Positions 19,171 to 28,719 of a stretch of DNA of 49,328 nt are shown one piece after another. Source of the stretch: a virus (lineage: Duplodnaviria > Heunggongvirae > Uroviricota > Caudoviricetes); the IMG/VR virus record IMGVR_UViG_2778261065_000024, positions 1 through 49,328 of that record; one strand, 5' to 3'. How positions within the stretch are numbered: position 1 is the first letter of the stretch; each line of letters starts with the position of its first letter. The notes under the pieces were generated by a model. The model saw only the letters and a list, made by a program, of their open reading frames with translations. It was not told where the DNA came from and ran no database searches. The position numbers and the translations under genes were made by a program.

Positions 19171-19701
19171 TTACGCTCTTAATAAACTTAAATAACTTTT
19201 TATGCTTTGGCAAAAAGGGAAAAGGTCTATTTTAATTTTCCAGTTTTTTTTGTTTTGAACCCCAGAAGCAATAATAGAACCGTCCCAATATTTTATTCCA
19301 TTTTTGCCGGTCTTTTTTGTTAACTCAAAACTTAATGCGTGAATAATTTTATTGCAGCATTCGCGTATAGAATCTTTAACATGACCATCTATAACAAAAA
19401 GTATATTTTCATGTTCTTCAAATGCTTCTTTCTCAGGTGAGTAATCTGGGTTCCACTCATGTTCACTAGTGTCTTGGAGAATTCGTAGTTTTGTACAAAG
19501 GCTAATAAGATTGTTGCTAATGGTATATTCCAACCATCCGTTGTACGATAACTCCTCCATTTCAAATTCAGTTACTATAGAACCATCATATACTTTCTGT
19601 GTGGAATATATACGCTGTAAATAAAATTCAGATGAACAGCATAATTGCTCAATTATTCTTGCGTGTTCTTCTATAGCGTAATAATCAATTGGATGGCTCA
19701 T
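19171..19701 (-). CDS. hypothetical protein (AT-rich moron between S and V, antisense to the late operon)
   Basis: 176 aa from ATG 19701 (ORF extends to 19740); markedly AT-rich; opposite strand to the flanking tail genes; no recognisable family. Confidence 0.7.
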   Translation of the reverse strand: MSHPIDYYAIEEHARIIEQLCCSSEFYLQRIYSTQKVYDGSIVTEFEMEELSYNGWLEYTISNNLISLCTKLRILQDTSEHEWNPDYSPEKEAFEEHENILFVIDGHVKDSIRECCNKIIHALSFELTKKTGKNGIKYWDGSIIASGVQNKKNWKIKIDLFPFCQSIKSYLSLLRA

Positions 19702-19732
19702 TCTTTTACCTTTCTTTGATTGGAATTGTATT

Positions 19733-19750
19733 TGTGTCATTTACCACACA
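19733..19750. promoter_or_regulatory. TGT-N12-ACA dyad upstream of gene V (late promoter activator site candidate)
   Basis: TGTgtcatttaccacACA about 50 bp upstream of the V start. Confidence 0.35.
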
Positions 19751-19796
19751 AGGACGTATTGATGCCATAGATTCAAGGTCCGTGCAACCTAACCCT

Positions 19797-20375
19797 ATGA
19801 ACGCACAACTAACCGAAATCATGCGCCTTATCACCAACCTGATCCGCACTGGTGTAGTCACCGAAGTGGACCGGGAAAACTGGCTTTGCCGGGTTAAAAC
19901 GGGCGAGCTTGAAACCAACTGGATCAGCTGGCTGACGCTGCGTGCCGGGAATGCCCGCACATGGTGGCGACCATCGGAAGGTGAGCAGGTGGTGCTGCTG
20001 AGTCTGGGCGGCAATCTGGAAACTGCCTTTGCGCTGCCCGCTGTCTATTCGAATCAGTTCGCACCACCGTCGACGTCGGCAGACGCCTGCGTGACAGAAC
20101 ATCCTGACGGCGGCTGGTTTGAATACGAACCCACTACCGGGCGCTGGTATGTCAGGGGCATCAAATCAATGGTCATTGAGGCCGCTGACAACATCACCAT
20201 GAAAACCAGTGAGTTTGTACTGGAGGCTGACCGCACGCGCATTAACAGCGAAGTGGTGATCAATGGTGGCGTTACCCAGGGCGGCGGAGCGATGAGTTCT
20301 AACGGGATCGTGGTTGATGCGCATCAGCATACTGACGTCCTGAAAGGCGGCGACACAACCGGAGGCCCGGTATGA
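19797..20375 (+). CDS. V: baseplate spike/assembly protein gpV
   Basis: N-terminus aligns with the paralogue at 28138-28719 (MRLxxNxIRTG..EVD); C-terminal HxH..GG motifs. Confidence 0.85.
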   Translation: MNAQLTEIMRLITNLIRTGVVTEVDRENWLCRVKTGELETNWISWLTLRAGNARTWWRPSEGEQVVLLSLGGNLETAFALPAVYSNQFAPPSTSADACVTEHPDGGWFEYEPTTGRWYVRGIKSMVIEAADNITMKTSEFVLEADRTRINSEVVINGGVTQGGGAMSSNGIVVDAHQHTDVLKGGDTTGGPV

Positions 20376-20731
20376 CGCTTTATAGCGGGATGAACAATAC
20401 CAGCGGTAAAGCCATTACTGATATTGATCATCTGCGCCAGTCGGTGCGGGACATTTTGCTGACGCCGCAGGGTAGCCGCATTGCCCGTCGGGAATATGGT
20501 TCCCTGCTGTCGGCACTGATAGACCAGCCACAAAATCCGGCATTACGCCTGCAGGTCATGTCGGCAGTGTATGTGGCGCTGAGTCGCTGGGAGCCACGGC
20601 TGACGCTGGATTCCATCACCATTAACAGCAATTTTGACGGTTCAATGGTGGTGGAGCTGACCGGGCGGCGTAATAACGGTGTGCCTGTTTCCCTTTCCGT
20701 ATCAACAGGAGCAGAGAATGGCAGTGATTGA
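20372..20731 (+). CDS. W: baseplate protein gpW
   Basis: 119 aa; paralogous to 27791-28141 (RREYGSL, LTRWEPR). Confidence 0.85.
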   Translation: MTLYSGMNNTSGKAITDIDHLRQSVRDILLTPQGSRIARREYGSLLSALIDQPQNPALRLQVMSAVYVALSRWEPRLTLDSITINSNFDGSMVVELTGRRNNGVPVSLSVSTGAENGSD

Positions 20732-21626
20732 CCTTTCGCAGTTGCCTGCGCCGCAGATTGTGGATGTGCCGGACTTTGAGACGCTGCTTGCCGAACGCAA
20801 GGCAGAATTTGTGGCGCTTCATCCGAAAGATGAGCAGGAAGCAGTGATCCGCACGCTGGAACTGGAATCTGAACCCGTCACCAAATTGTTGCAGGAGAAT
20901 GCTTACCGTGAGTTGCTTCTGCGCCAGCGCATTAACGAAGCCGCGCAGGCGGTGATGGTGGCTTATGCCATAGGGGGCGATCTGGACCAGCTCGCCGCCA
21001 ACTACAACGTGAAACGCCTGACGGTGACGCCTGCTGATAATGACGCTGTGCCGCCCGTTGCAGCTGTGATGGAAAGCGATGAAGCGTTACGCCTGCGTGT
21101 GCCTGCAGCCTTTGAAGGGCTTTCAGTTGCGGGGCCAACTGCAGCTTATGAATTTCATGCCCGAAGCGCCGACGGTCGGGTGGCGGATGCCAGTGCAACC
21201 AGCCCAGCACCTGCAGAGGTGGTGCTGACTGTCCTTAGCCGCGAAGGCGATGGAACTGCAGAAAAAGACCTGCTGGACGTGGTGAAAAAAGCTCTGAACA
21301 GTGAGAACGTCCGCCCGGTGGCTGACCGTCTTACGGTTCGCAGCGCAGAAATCATCCCGTATCGCGTGGAAGCCACCATTTTTCTCTATCCGGGACCGGA
21401 AGCAGAGCCGGTAATGGCAGCGGCAAAAGCCAGTCTGCAGAAGTACATTGCCAGCCAGACGAGGCTTGGTCGGGATATTCGCCGTAGCGCCATCTTTGCT
21501 GCTCTGCATGTTGAGGGTGTTCAACGTGTGGAACTGGCTTCTCCGCTGGCGGATGTGGTCCTGAACAAAACACAGGCGGCATCATGTACGCAGTGGAGCG
21601 TAACCAACGGAGGAACGGATGAATAG
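20718..21626 (+). CDS. J: baseplate assembly protein gpJ
   Basis: ATG at 20718 after AGGAGCAGAGA; paralogous to 26891-27787. Confidence 0.9.
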   Translation: MAVIDLSQLPAPQIVDVPDFETLLAERKAEFVALHPKDEQEAVIRTLELESEPVTKLLQENAYRELLLRQRINEAAQAVMVAYAIGGDLDQLAANYNVKRLTVTPADNDAVPPVAAVMESDEALRLRVPAAFEGLSVAGPTAAYEFHARSADGRVADASATSPAPAEVVLTVLSREGDGTAEKDLLDVVKKALNSENVRPVADRLTVRSAEIIPYRVEATIFLYPGPEAEPVMAAAKASLQKYIASQTRLGRDIRRSAIFAALHVEGVQRVELASPLADVVLNKTQAASCTQWSVTNGGTDE

Positions 21627-22224
21627 TCTGCTGCCACCGGGTTCAACTTCACTGGAGCGCCGACTGGCGCAAACCTGTAGCGGGATTTCTGATCTGCAGG
21701 TGCCGCTGCGTGACTTGTGGAATCCGGCTACCTGTCCGGTCAGCTTCCTGCCTTATCTCGCCTGGGCGTTCTCTGTGGATCGCTGGGACGAGGGCTGGAC
21801 AGAAAGCGTCAAACGCCAGGTAGTGAAGGATGCTTTTTATATTCATCAGCATAAAGGAACTACCAGTGCCGTGCGGCGGGTGGTGGAACCGTTCGGATTC
21901 CTGATCCGCATTATTGAGTGGTGGCAGACCGGAGAAACACCGGGCACGTTTCGCCTGGATATCGGCGTGCAGGACCAGGGCATCACTGAAGATACCTATC
22001 TGGAACTTGAGCGGCTGATAAGCGATGCCAAACCATGTAGCCGTCACATGATCGGCATGTCCATCAATCTGCAGACCAGCGGTCCGCATTGGGTGGGGGC
22101 CGCCAGCTATCTTGGCGAAGAAATCACGATCTATCCGTATATCAACGAAACAATTATTTCCGGCGGCACCGCGCATGAAGGCGGGGCGGTCCATGTTATT
22201 GACACAATGAGAGTGAATCCATGA
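21619..22224 (+). CDS. I: baseplate/tail protein gpI
   Basis: 201 aa; paralogous to 26290-26931 (LPYLAWAFSVDRWD). Confidence 0.85.
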   Translation: MNSLLPPGSTSLERRLAQTCSGISDLQVPLRDLWNPATCPVSFLPYLAWAFSVDRWDEGWTESVKRQVVKDAFYIHQHKGTTSAVRRVVEPFGFLIRIIEWWQTGETPGTFRLDIGVQDQGITEDTYLELERLISDAKPCSRHMIGMSINLQTSGPHWVGAASYLGEEITIYPYINETIISGGTAHEGGAVHVIDTMRVNP

Positions 22225-23642
22225 GCACAAAATTTTATACCCTGCTGACGGATATTGGCGCGGCGAAACTTGCCAGCGCCGCCGCGCTCGGTGTGCCGCT
22301 AAAAATTACCCATATGGCGGTGGGCGATGGCGGCGGAACATTGCCAACGCCGGACGCCAAGCAGACAGCATTGGTAAATGAGAAACGCCGGGCTGCGCTG
22401 AATATGCTCTATATCGACCCGCAGAACAGCAGCCAGATTATTGCTGAACAGGTGATCCCTGAAAACGAGGGCGGTTGGTGGATACGTGAAGTGGGCCTGT
22501 TTGATGAGTCCGGGGCATTGATTGCCGTGGGCAACTGCCCGGAAAGCTATAAGCCGCAACTGGCTGAAGGCAGCGGGCGTACCCAGACCGTGCGCATGGT
22601 GCTGATTACCAGCAGCACGGACAATATCACCCTGAAAATCGACCCTGCCGTAGTGCTGGCAACCCGCAAGTATGTGGATGACAAGGTACTGGAGCTGAAG
22701 GTGTACGTGGATGATCAGATGGCAAAACATCTTGCCGCACCGGACCCGCATTCACAGTATGCACCCAAAGAAAGTCCGACGTTTACCGGGACACCAAAAG
22801 CGCCAACTCCAGCGGCAGGGAATAACACCACGCAGGTTGCGACCACCGCGTTTGTTCAGGCGGCACTGACGGCTCTTATTAATGGTGCGCCAGCCACGCT
22901 GGACACGCTGAAAGAAATAGCCGCAGCCATTAACAATGATCCGAATTTCAGTACCACCATTAACAATGCGCTGGCACTGAAAGCGCCGTTGTCGAGTCCG
23001 GCACTCACCGGAACGCCAACAGCCCCCACTGCTGCACAGTCGGTCAACAATACACAGATTGCCACCACGGCTTTTGTGAAATCGGCGATTGCAGCAATGG
23101 TAGGTTCTGCACCTGCGGCACTGGATACACTGAACGAACTGGCGTCGGCGTTGGGGAATGATCCGAACTTTGCCACGACAATGCTTAATGCGCTGGCAGG
23201 TAAACAACCGCTGGACAATACGCTGACTAATTTGAGTGGAAAGGATGTCGCTGGTCTTCTCGCATACCTTGGTTTGGGAGAAGCGGCAAAACGGGAGGTG
23301 GGGACAGGGGAAAATCAGATACCGGACATGGCTTCTTTTGCCAGTGGTGATGGATGGATGAAATTACCCAACGGGAAAATCCTGCAATATGGTCGAGGTG
23401 CGGTTACGCCAACATTATCGACGCAAACAATGAGAATTACATTCAGCATCCCTTTTCCTAAAAAAGTGGACTGCGCCATGCTTACCCATTCTGGTGATGG
23501 TGGTGCGCCTTTAGGCGCTGGACGGGGATTCGTGATGACTGCAGAAGGTCCAACACTAACCGGTTTTAATTCCGCTTACAGAACTGCATCAACCAGCTCC
23601 ACAGTATCGATGAATTACAGTTGGTGGGCTGTTGGTGAGTAA
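22221..23642 (+). CDS. H: tail fibre protein gpH
   Basis: 473 aa; conserved N-terminal about 150 aa shared with 24680-26293; repeated NDPNF / ATTAFV motifs. Confidence 0.85.
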   Translation: MSTKFYTLLTDIGAAKLASAAALGVPLKITHMAVGDGGGTLPTPDAKQTALVNEKRRAALNMLYIDPQNSSQIIAEQVIPENEGGWWIREVGLFDESGALIAVGNCPESYKPQLAEGSGRTQTVRMVLITSSTDNITLKIDPAVVLATRKYVDDKVLELKVYVDDQMAKHLAAPDPHSQYAPKESPTFTGTPKAPTPAAGNNTTQVATTAFVQAALTALINGAPATLDTLKEIAAAINNDPNFSTTINNALALKAPLSSPALTGTPTAPTAAQSVNNTQIATTAFVKSAIAAMVGSAPAALDTLNELASALGNDPNFATTMLNALAGKQPLDNTLTNLSGKDVAGLLAYLGLGEAAKREVGTGENQIPDMASFASGDGWMKLPNGKILQYGRGAVTPTLSTQTMRITFSIPFPKKVDCAMLTHSGDGGAPLGAGRGFVMTAEGPTLTGFNSAYRTASTSSTVSMNYSWWAVGE

Positions 23643-23662
23643 TTTTATTCAGGGTGATTTAT

Positions 23663-24106
23663 ATGAACGAATATGTTTATAGCGCAAGGCATAATGCTTT
23701 TTTCCCTGTGGATATGATTGATAAATATAAATCAGAGGGATGGGATTTATCAGATGCAAAGGAGGTGAATCAAAATATTATCAGTGAGTTTATGGCTGAA
23801 CCGCCACAAGGAAAAATCCGTATTGCCGGAGATGATGGGCTGCCTGCGTGGGCAGATATTCCTCTACCCACGCATGAAGAGCTTATTGAAATTACTGAAT
23901 CAGAAAGACAGCTACTAATTAACCAGGCCAACGAATACATGAACAGTAAGCAATGGCCCGGTAAAGCCGCTATTGGTCGTCTGAAAGGTGAGGAACTGGC
24001 GCAATATAATTTGTGGCTGGATTATCTGGATGCACTGGAGCTGGTTGATACCTCCAGTGCACCAGATATTGAATGGCCTACGCCTCCAGCAGTACAGGCC
24101 AGATGA
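23663..24106 (+). CDS. G: tail fibre assembly protein gpG
   Basis: Follows H; C-terminal ...SAPDIEWPTPP resembles the C-terminus of the convergent paralogue; ORF opens with GTG at 23654. Confidence 0.75.
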   Translation: MNEYVYSARHNAFFPVDMIDKYKSEGWDLSDAKEVNQNIISEFMAEPPQGKIRIAGDDGLPAWADIPLPTHEELIEITESERQLLINQANEYMNSKQWPGKAAIGRLKGEELAQYNLWLDYLDALELVDTSSAPDIEWPTPPAVQAR

Positions 24107-24680
24107 CCTCCGGCGCGGTGCTGGTATCTGTTGCCGTCACCGCGTCAATGTAATCCAGCACGGCGTTAAGTCGGGTTGTTTCTGCCTGCGTCAACTTCCG
24201 TCCGGCCTGCAATTTCAGTTGAATCAGACTGATGGAGGCCATCGCAGCATCAATCAGTGACTGGCGCTGTGCTTCTGCTGCTTCTACTGCGGCGTTATGC
24301 TGTGCCTCAGTATCTGTCACCCATTTCTCACCATCCCATTTATCGTATAGCGTTAACGGGGCGATAGTGGTTGTATTTTCAGGGTAATTACCCGGCACCG
24401 TGATTTCTTTTGCTTCTCCTGTTTCGGTGCTATAGATAATTTCACCGCGATGGTCTGGCATATATTCCCATGAGTTTAAATCTACTGAACGGCAGATTGC
24501 ATAACCAGCCTTATATGTGCCAGGAGCATCTAAACAGGAATATGCCGGGATACCGACACCAACAGCAAGATATTCATTTGAAGTGGAAATATATTCCCGT
24601 GTTTCACCATCATAGTTATAGACGGTAATATTCCCCGCCTTCGTGGCAATAAGTTCGCTATTTAATACGGCTTTATCCAT
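24078..24680 (-). CDS. G: tail fibre assembly protein gpG (second prophage segment)
   Basis: 200 aa, downstream of the second H gene; C-terminal ...STAPEVIWPVLLEA; 3' end overlaps the other G ORF by 29 bp. Confidence 0.8.
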   Translation of the reverse strand: MDKAVLNSELIATKAGNITVYNYDGETREYISTSNEYLAVGVGIPAYSCLDAPGTYKAGYAICRSVDLNSWEYMPDHRGEIIYSTETGEAKEITVPGNYPENTTTIAPLTLYDKWDGEKWVTDTEAQHNAAVEAAEAQRQSLIDAAMASISLIQLKLQAGRKLTQAETTRLNAVLDYIDAVTATDTSTAPEVIWPVLLEA

Positions 24681-26293
24681 TATGCAGCTCTCACGATATA
24701 GTTAAATGCAATATTTCGTGGACGGGTTTCGCTCCCACCTGTGTTACCAATACTCCCTCGTGTATGTAGCGTTGGTGATGGAATCAGAGTTCCTCCGACA
24801 TCGGCAGCATCAAGCCCCCGGCCTTGCGTATATGCTCTTCTGAAGATTGTCGCCAGTTCCCATTCCTCTTTTGAATCATACCCATCGTTGGCAACAACAA
24901 TATGGCGGTGCTTCTCCAGCATCCCAGTCTGAATGCTCAATAAAGCACGTCCAGCATCAACGCCTCGTCCGTCATCCCAGCCACGAATAAACTCACCACG
25001 GAGATCAGGTAGTTTCCCTGATGGATATGCTGTAGCAAGATGGGGATATTTAACCTTATCAAAGGCGGCGCCATTGCATTTCAACCAGCCTGTCGGCAAA
25101 GTGGCTGAAGGCCATGGAACAGGCACACCAACGGGTAATGCAGAGCCTTCTCCCAAACCAAGGTAATCAAGAACCCCCTGCGTGCTGGGCTTACTAAGAA
25201 TGGCACGTCCAACACTTGTCAGTGCGGTTAACGCGGCGCGATCTGCACCTGTAAAATAAGGGAGTTTATCTGCTGCTGTAGCAAGTCCTGCCAGCGCCGT
25301 CAGGGTAGCATCCTTCGGTTGCTTACCCGCAAGCGCGTTAGTCATGGTTGTCGCAAAATTCGGGTCGTTACCCAGCGCCGCCGCCAGCTCGTTCAGCGTG
25401 TTCAGTGCGTCAGGTGACGAGTCTACAAGCGCGGCAATCGCGGCCATAACATAAGCCGTGCTTGCGATCTGAGTATTATTAGTCCCCTGTGGCGCTGTTG
25501 GCGTTGTTGGCGTTCCGGTCAGTGCCGGGCTGTTTAATGGGGCTTTCTTGTTTGTTTCATCCATTACCACCTTAACGGCTTTTGGTGTCGCTGCCAGTGT
25601 TTCAGACGTGCTGTTCGTGGCGCTACTGAGCTGAACAATCCCTTTTTGTGTTGTGGTGGCATTCTGGGCGGTATATTTCCCGCTAGCCAGGTCATATGCA
25701 GCCTTAACCGCTTTCGGTGTTGCGGCCAGTGTTTCTGATTCACTGTTAATTGCACTGCTTAACTGAGTGAAACCTTTTGCGGTCAGCGAGGCGTCCGGGT
25801 GGCGTCGTGACTGTTCGTGCTCTGAGATTTTGTCATCCACATATTTGCGGGTTGCCAGAACCACAGACGGGTCGATTTTCAGCGTGATAGCTTCGGTATT
25901 CGTGACAACCAGAATCATGCGGATAGTCTGGGTACGACCACTGCCTTCCTGCAACTGCGGTTTGTACGTTTCCGGGCAGTTCGCCACCGCAATGAGTACG
26001 CCTTCATCATCATAAAGCCCAATCTCACGTATCCAGAATCCGCCCTCGTTCTCAGGGATGATTTGCTCCGCAATAATCTGGTTCTGGTTGTTCGGGTCAA
26101 CACTCAGAAGATTCAGCGGTGCAATGCGTTTCTGGTTAATCAGTTTTGTTTGTGCAGGGTCTGGTGTTGGTAACACACCATTTGCATCACCAACGGCCAT
26201 TTGCGTCAGATTCAGCTTACTGCCGAGCATCGTCGCGTTAGCCAGTCGTGCCGCGCCCTGATTAGTCAGAATGGCGTAGTATTTCACTGTCAT
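24680..26293 (-). CDS. H: tail fibre protein gpH (second segment)
   Basis: 537 aa; conserved N-terminus (AVGD..LPTPD, IPENEGG.WIRE) shared with 22221-23642. Confidence 0.85.
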   Translation of the reverse strand: MTVKYYAILTNQGAARLANATMLGSKLNLTQMAVGDANGVLPTPDPAQTKLINQKRIAPLNLLSVDPNNQNQIIAEQIIPENEGGFWIREIGLYDDEGVLIAVANCPETYKPQLQEGSGRTQTIRMILVVTNTEAITLKIDPSVVLATRKYVDDKISEHEQSRRHPDASLTAKGFTQLSSAINSESETLAATPKAVKAAYDLASGKYTAQNATTTQKGIVQLSSATNSTSETLAATPKAVKVVMDETNKKAPLNSPALTGTPTTPTAPQGTNNTQIASTAYVMAAIAALVDSSPDALNTLNELAAALGNDPNFATTMTNALAGKQPKDATLTALAGLATAADKLPYFTGADRAALTALTSVGRAILSKPSTQGVLDYLGLGEGSALPVGVPVPWPSATLPTGWLKCNGAAFDKVKYPHLATAYPSGKLPDLRGEFIRGWDDGRGVDAGRALLSIQTGMLEKHRHIVVANDGYDSKEEWELATIFRRAYTQGRGLDAADVGGTLIPSPTLHTRGSIGNTGGSETRPRNIAFNYIVRAA

Positions 26294-26931
26294 GCGTTTA
26301 CTCTCAGATTATCAATTAAATGAATGGCCGGGGCAGGGAAATAATCCCCTTCGACAATAATGGACTCCGGGGTGTAGGGATAAACCGTCAGGGCATCGCC
26401 GTGATAGCATCCCGTACCAACGAAAATCTTTCCGTTCACACTCAGACTGATCGCCAGCCCTGTCAGATGGCGACTTACTGGTTTTGCATCCGCAATAAGG
26501 CGCTCAAGTTCCTGATACATTTCATCGGTGATGCCCTGATCAAGTACTCCGACAACAATGCGAAATGTTCCTGGCTCCTCGTTGAGTTGCCACCACTCCT
26601 TTACTTCAATCAGGTAGCCGAGAGGCTCCACGGCTCTTCGCAGTGCGCTGATGGTCCCTTTGTGTCGGTGTATCAGCCATGCATCACGAATCACCTGTCG
26701 CTTTGTCTCTTCCGGCCAGTTGCGATCCCAGCGGTCAACGGAAAACGCCCAGGCGAGATAAGGCAGCAGATGCGCCGGGCAGGTGTCCGGCGACCACAGC
26801 GTGTTGAGGTCTACCGGAATGTCTGTAATGCGTGTTCCGACGGCTTCGGCACAACGCATGAAATTGCTGGCTGATGGTGGTAACAGTGAATTACTCATTA
26901 CGCCCACCTTCGCTGATGGTGAATGACTCAC
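26290..26931 (-). CDS. I: baseplate/tail protein gpI (second segment)
   Basis: 213 aa; paralogue of 21619-22224. Confidence 0.85.
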   Translation of the reverse strand: MSHSPSAKVGVMSNSLLPPSASNFMRCAEAVGTRITDIPVDLNTLWSPDTCPAHLLPYLAWAFSVDRWDRNWPEETKRQVIRDAWLIHRHKGTISALRRAVEPLGYLIEVKEWWQLNEEPGTFRIVVGVLDQGITDEMYQELERLIADAKPVSRHLTGLAISLSVNGKIFVGTGCYHGDALTVYPYTPESIIVEGDYFPAPAIHLIDNLRVNA

Positions 26932-27787
26932 AGCGCGCCGCCTGTATGTCGCTGATGGCCATATTCTGTGTGGGTTCGATTATCTCCACGCGTTGCACAC
27001 CGTGCACATGCAGTGCGGCAGCAATGGCGGACAACGCCACGTCCTGACCGATAAGCCCCTGCTCAGCCAGCCACTTCCTGAACGACGATTCAGCCGCAGC
27101 CAGAATAGGTTCGGATTCCGGGCCGGGGTAAAAGTACAGTTTTGCATTCAGCCGCCATGTCACGATTCTGGCGCTCTGTACGGTCAGGCGGTCGGCCACC
27201 GGGCGGGTATCCTCTGCATTCAGAACGGCGCGAACGGTATTAAGCAACGCCTCCGTTGCTGTGCCGTCGCCTTCAGTGGACAGGATGGAAACCGTCACAT
27301 TTGCCGGAGACGGACTGATAGCCCGCGCATCACGCACCAGACCACTGGCGCTGCGGGCAAAATACTCGTATGCACCTGACGGGCCAGCAACACTCAGGCC
27401 GTCGTACGCCCGCTGCGCCCGCAGTCTCAGCGAGGTGTCGCTCTCCATCACCGCGTCGGTGGTATCCGTTGCCGGAGTGATAACCAGGCGCTTTGTGTTC
27501 ATATTGCCCGCGAGGTTGTCCAGGTCTGTCCCGGCGCTGTGGCTTAACATGCAGGCGCGTGCACCCTCATTGACCCGCTGGCGTAACAGCATTTCACGAA
27601 ACGCTGTTGTCTGGGCGATAACGTTCAGGGGTTCCGATTCCAGCTCCAGCGCGGCGGAGACGGCTTCACGCTGTTCGGCGGGATAAGCTGCAATCATCAT
27701 GGCCTTTGTGTCAGCCAGAATTGCCTCAAAATCAGGCTCCGCGATGATGGCGGGTTCCGGTAACTGGGAAAGGTCAACGGCAGGCAT
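26891..27787 (-). CDS. J: baseplate assembly protein gpJ (second segment)
   Basis: 298 aa; paralogue of 20718-21626. Confidence 0.9.
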   Translation of the reverse strand: MPAVDLSQLPEPAIIAEPDFEAILADTKAMMIAAYPAEQREAVSAALELESEPLNVIAQTTAFREMLLRQRVNEGARACMLSHSAGTDLDNLAGNMNTKRLVITPATDTTDAVMESDTSLRLRAQRAYDGLSVAGPSGAYEYFARSASGLVRDARAISPSPANVTVSILSTEGDGTATEALLNTVRAVLNAEDTRPVADRLTVQSARIVTWRLNAKLYFYPGPESEPILAAAESSFRKWLAEQGLIGQDVALSAIAAALHVHGVQRVEIIEPTQNMAISDIQAARCESFTISEGGRNE

Positions 27788-27790
27788 GAT

Positions 27791-28141
27791 TTACTCTCTC
27801 AGCGTGATGGTTAATTCAACATTCTGCATGGTCTGCATGACGGTGCCCGACAGCGTCACCCCGGCGCGGCCTCCTGCCTTCCAGACAACATCGATGGCAT
27901 CCAGGGCAATGCGGGGTTCCCATCGTGTCAGTGCAATCACGGCAGCACTCATGCATTGCAGACGCGTGGTGTTATTCATGGGTTCGTCAATCAAATCAGG
28001 CACAAGGCTGCCATATTCCCGTCGCATAACCCGGCTTGCCAGCGGGGTGGTCAGGATGTCCCTGACTGACTGTTTCAGGTGCTCCGTATCGTTCAGGTTT
28101 CCCGTCCCGTCCGGATTCATTCCTGTGTAGCGGGTTGTCAC
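27791..28141 (-). CDS. W: baseplate protein gpW (second segment)
   Basis: 116 aa; paralogue of 20372-20731. Confidence 0.85.
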   Translation of the reverse strand: MTTRYTGMNPDGTGNLNDTEHLKQSVRDILTTPLASRVMRREYGSLVPDLIDEPMNNTTRLQCMSAAVIALTRWEPRIALDAIDVVWKAGGRAGVTLSGTVMQTMQNVELTITLRE

Positions 28142-28719
28142 TGCGGGCCTCCTGTCGAATCGCTGCCGCCTTTCACGCCACCGTGTTTATGCGTATGCAC
28201 GGTAATGCCGTTTGAGGTGAAGTTGCCGCCGCTGTGCGTGATATTGCCGCTCATCTTTCCTCCTTTTGTGACGTCAAGCGTCGCCGTTCTCAGAAGGTTT
28301 GTGCATTCCACGACGGGCGTATCCAGTTTCACGCTGACGGATGCCTGCAAAGTGGCCGTTTTCATGCCGCTGGCGCTCAGTGCGCCTGCGTCCGCGTCGT
28401 AGCGGAACACCGCGCCATCCGGCGCGCTGACCACGATTTCTTTCAGGCTTTTGCCGGGTGCCGGAATGGCATCACTCCACAGACTGCCAATTATCATGGC
28501 GGTTTCCGGGTTGCCGCCGATGCAGGCAATTACCACCTGTTCGCCGGGTGATGGCGGCAGCCACACATTGAAGGCACCCGCGCGCGTGGTGTTCCAGCGC
28601 AGCCAGCCTGTTTCCAGTTCGCCGCTGCGAACGCGCACGCGCCAGGATTCCTCATCAACTTCAGAGATGATCCCGGTGCGGATGATATTGCTCAGCAGTC
28701 GCATGAGTTCTGCGCTCAC
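28138..28719 (-). CDS. V: baseplate spike/assembly protein gpV (second segment)
   Basis: 193 aa; paralogue of 19797-20375. Confidence 0.85.
   Translation of the reverse strand: MSAELMRLLSNIIRTGIISEVDEESWRVRVRSGELETGWLRWNTTRAGAFNVWLPPSPGEQVVIACIGGNPETAMIIGSLWSDAIPAPGKSLKEIVVSAPDGAVFRYDADAGALSASGMKTATLQASVSVKLDTPVVECTNLLRTATLDVTKGGKMSGNITHSGGNFTSNGITVHTHKHGGVKGGSDSTGGPQ

Noticed and set aside
22221-26293. Possible Mu/P1-type invertible tail-fibre segment (convergent assembly genes flanked by two H genes)
   Set aside because: Both H genes are full length with their own divergent N-termini and each continues into a complete baseplate module; no recombinase/invertase gene and no long inverted repeats seen, so two separate prophage segments is the better explanation
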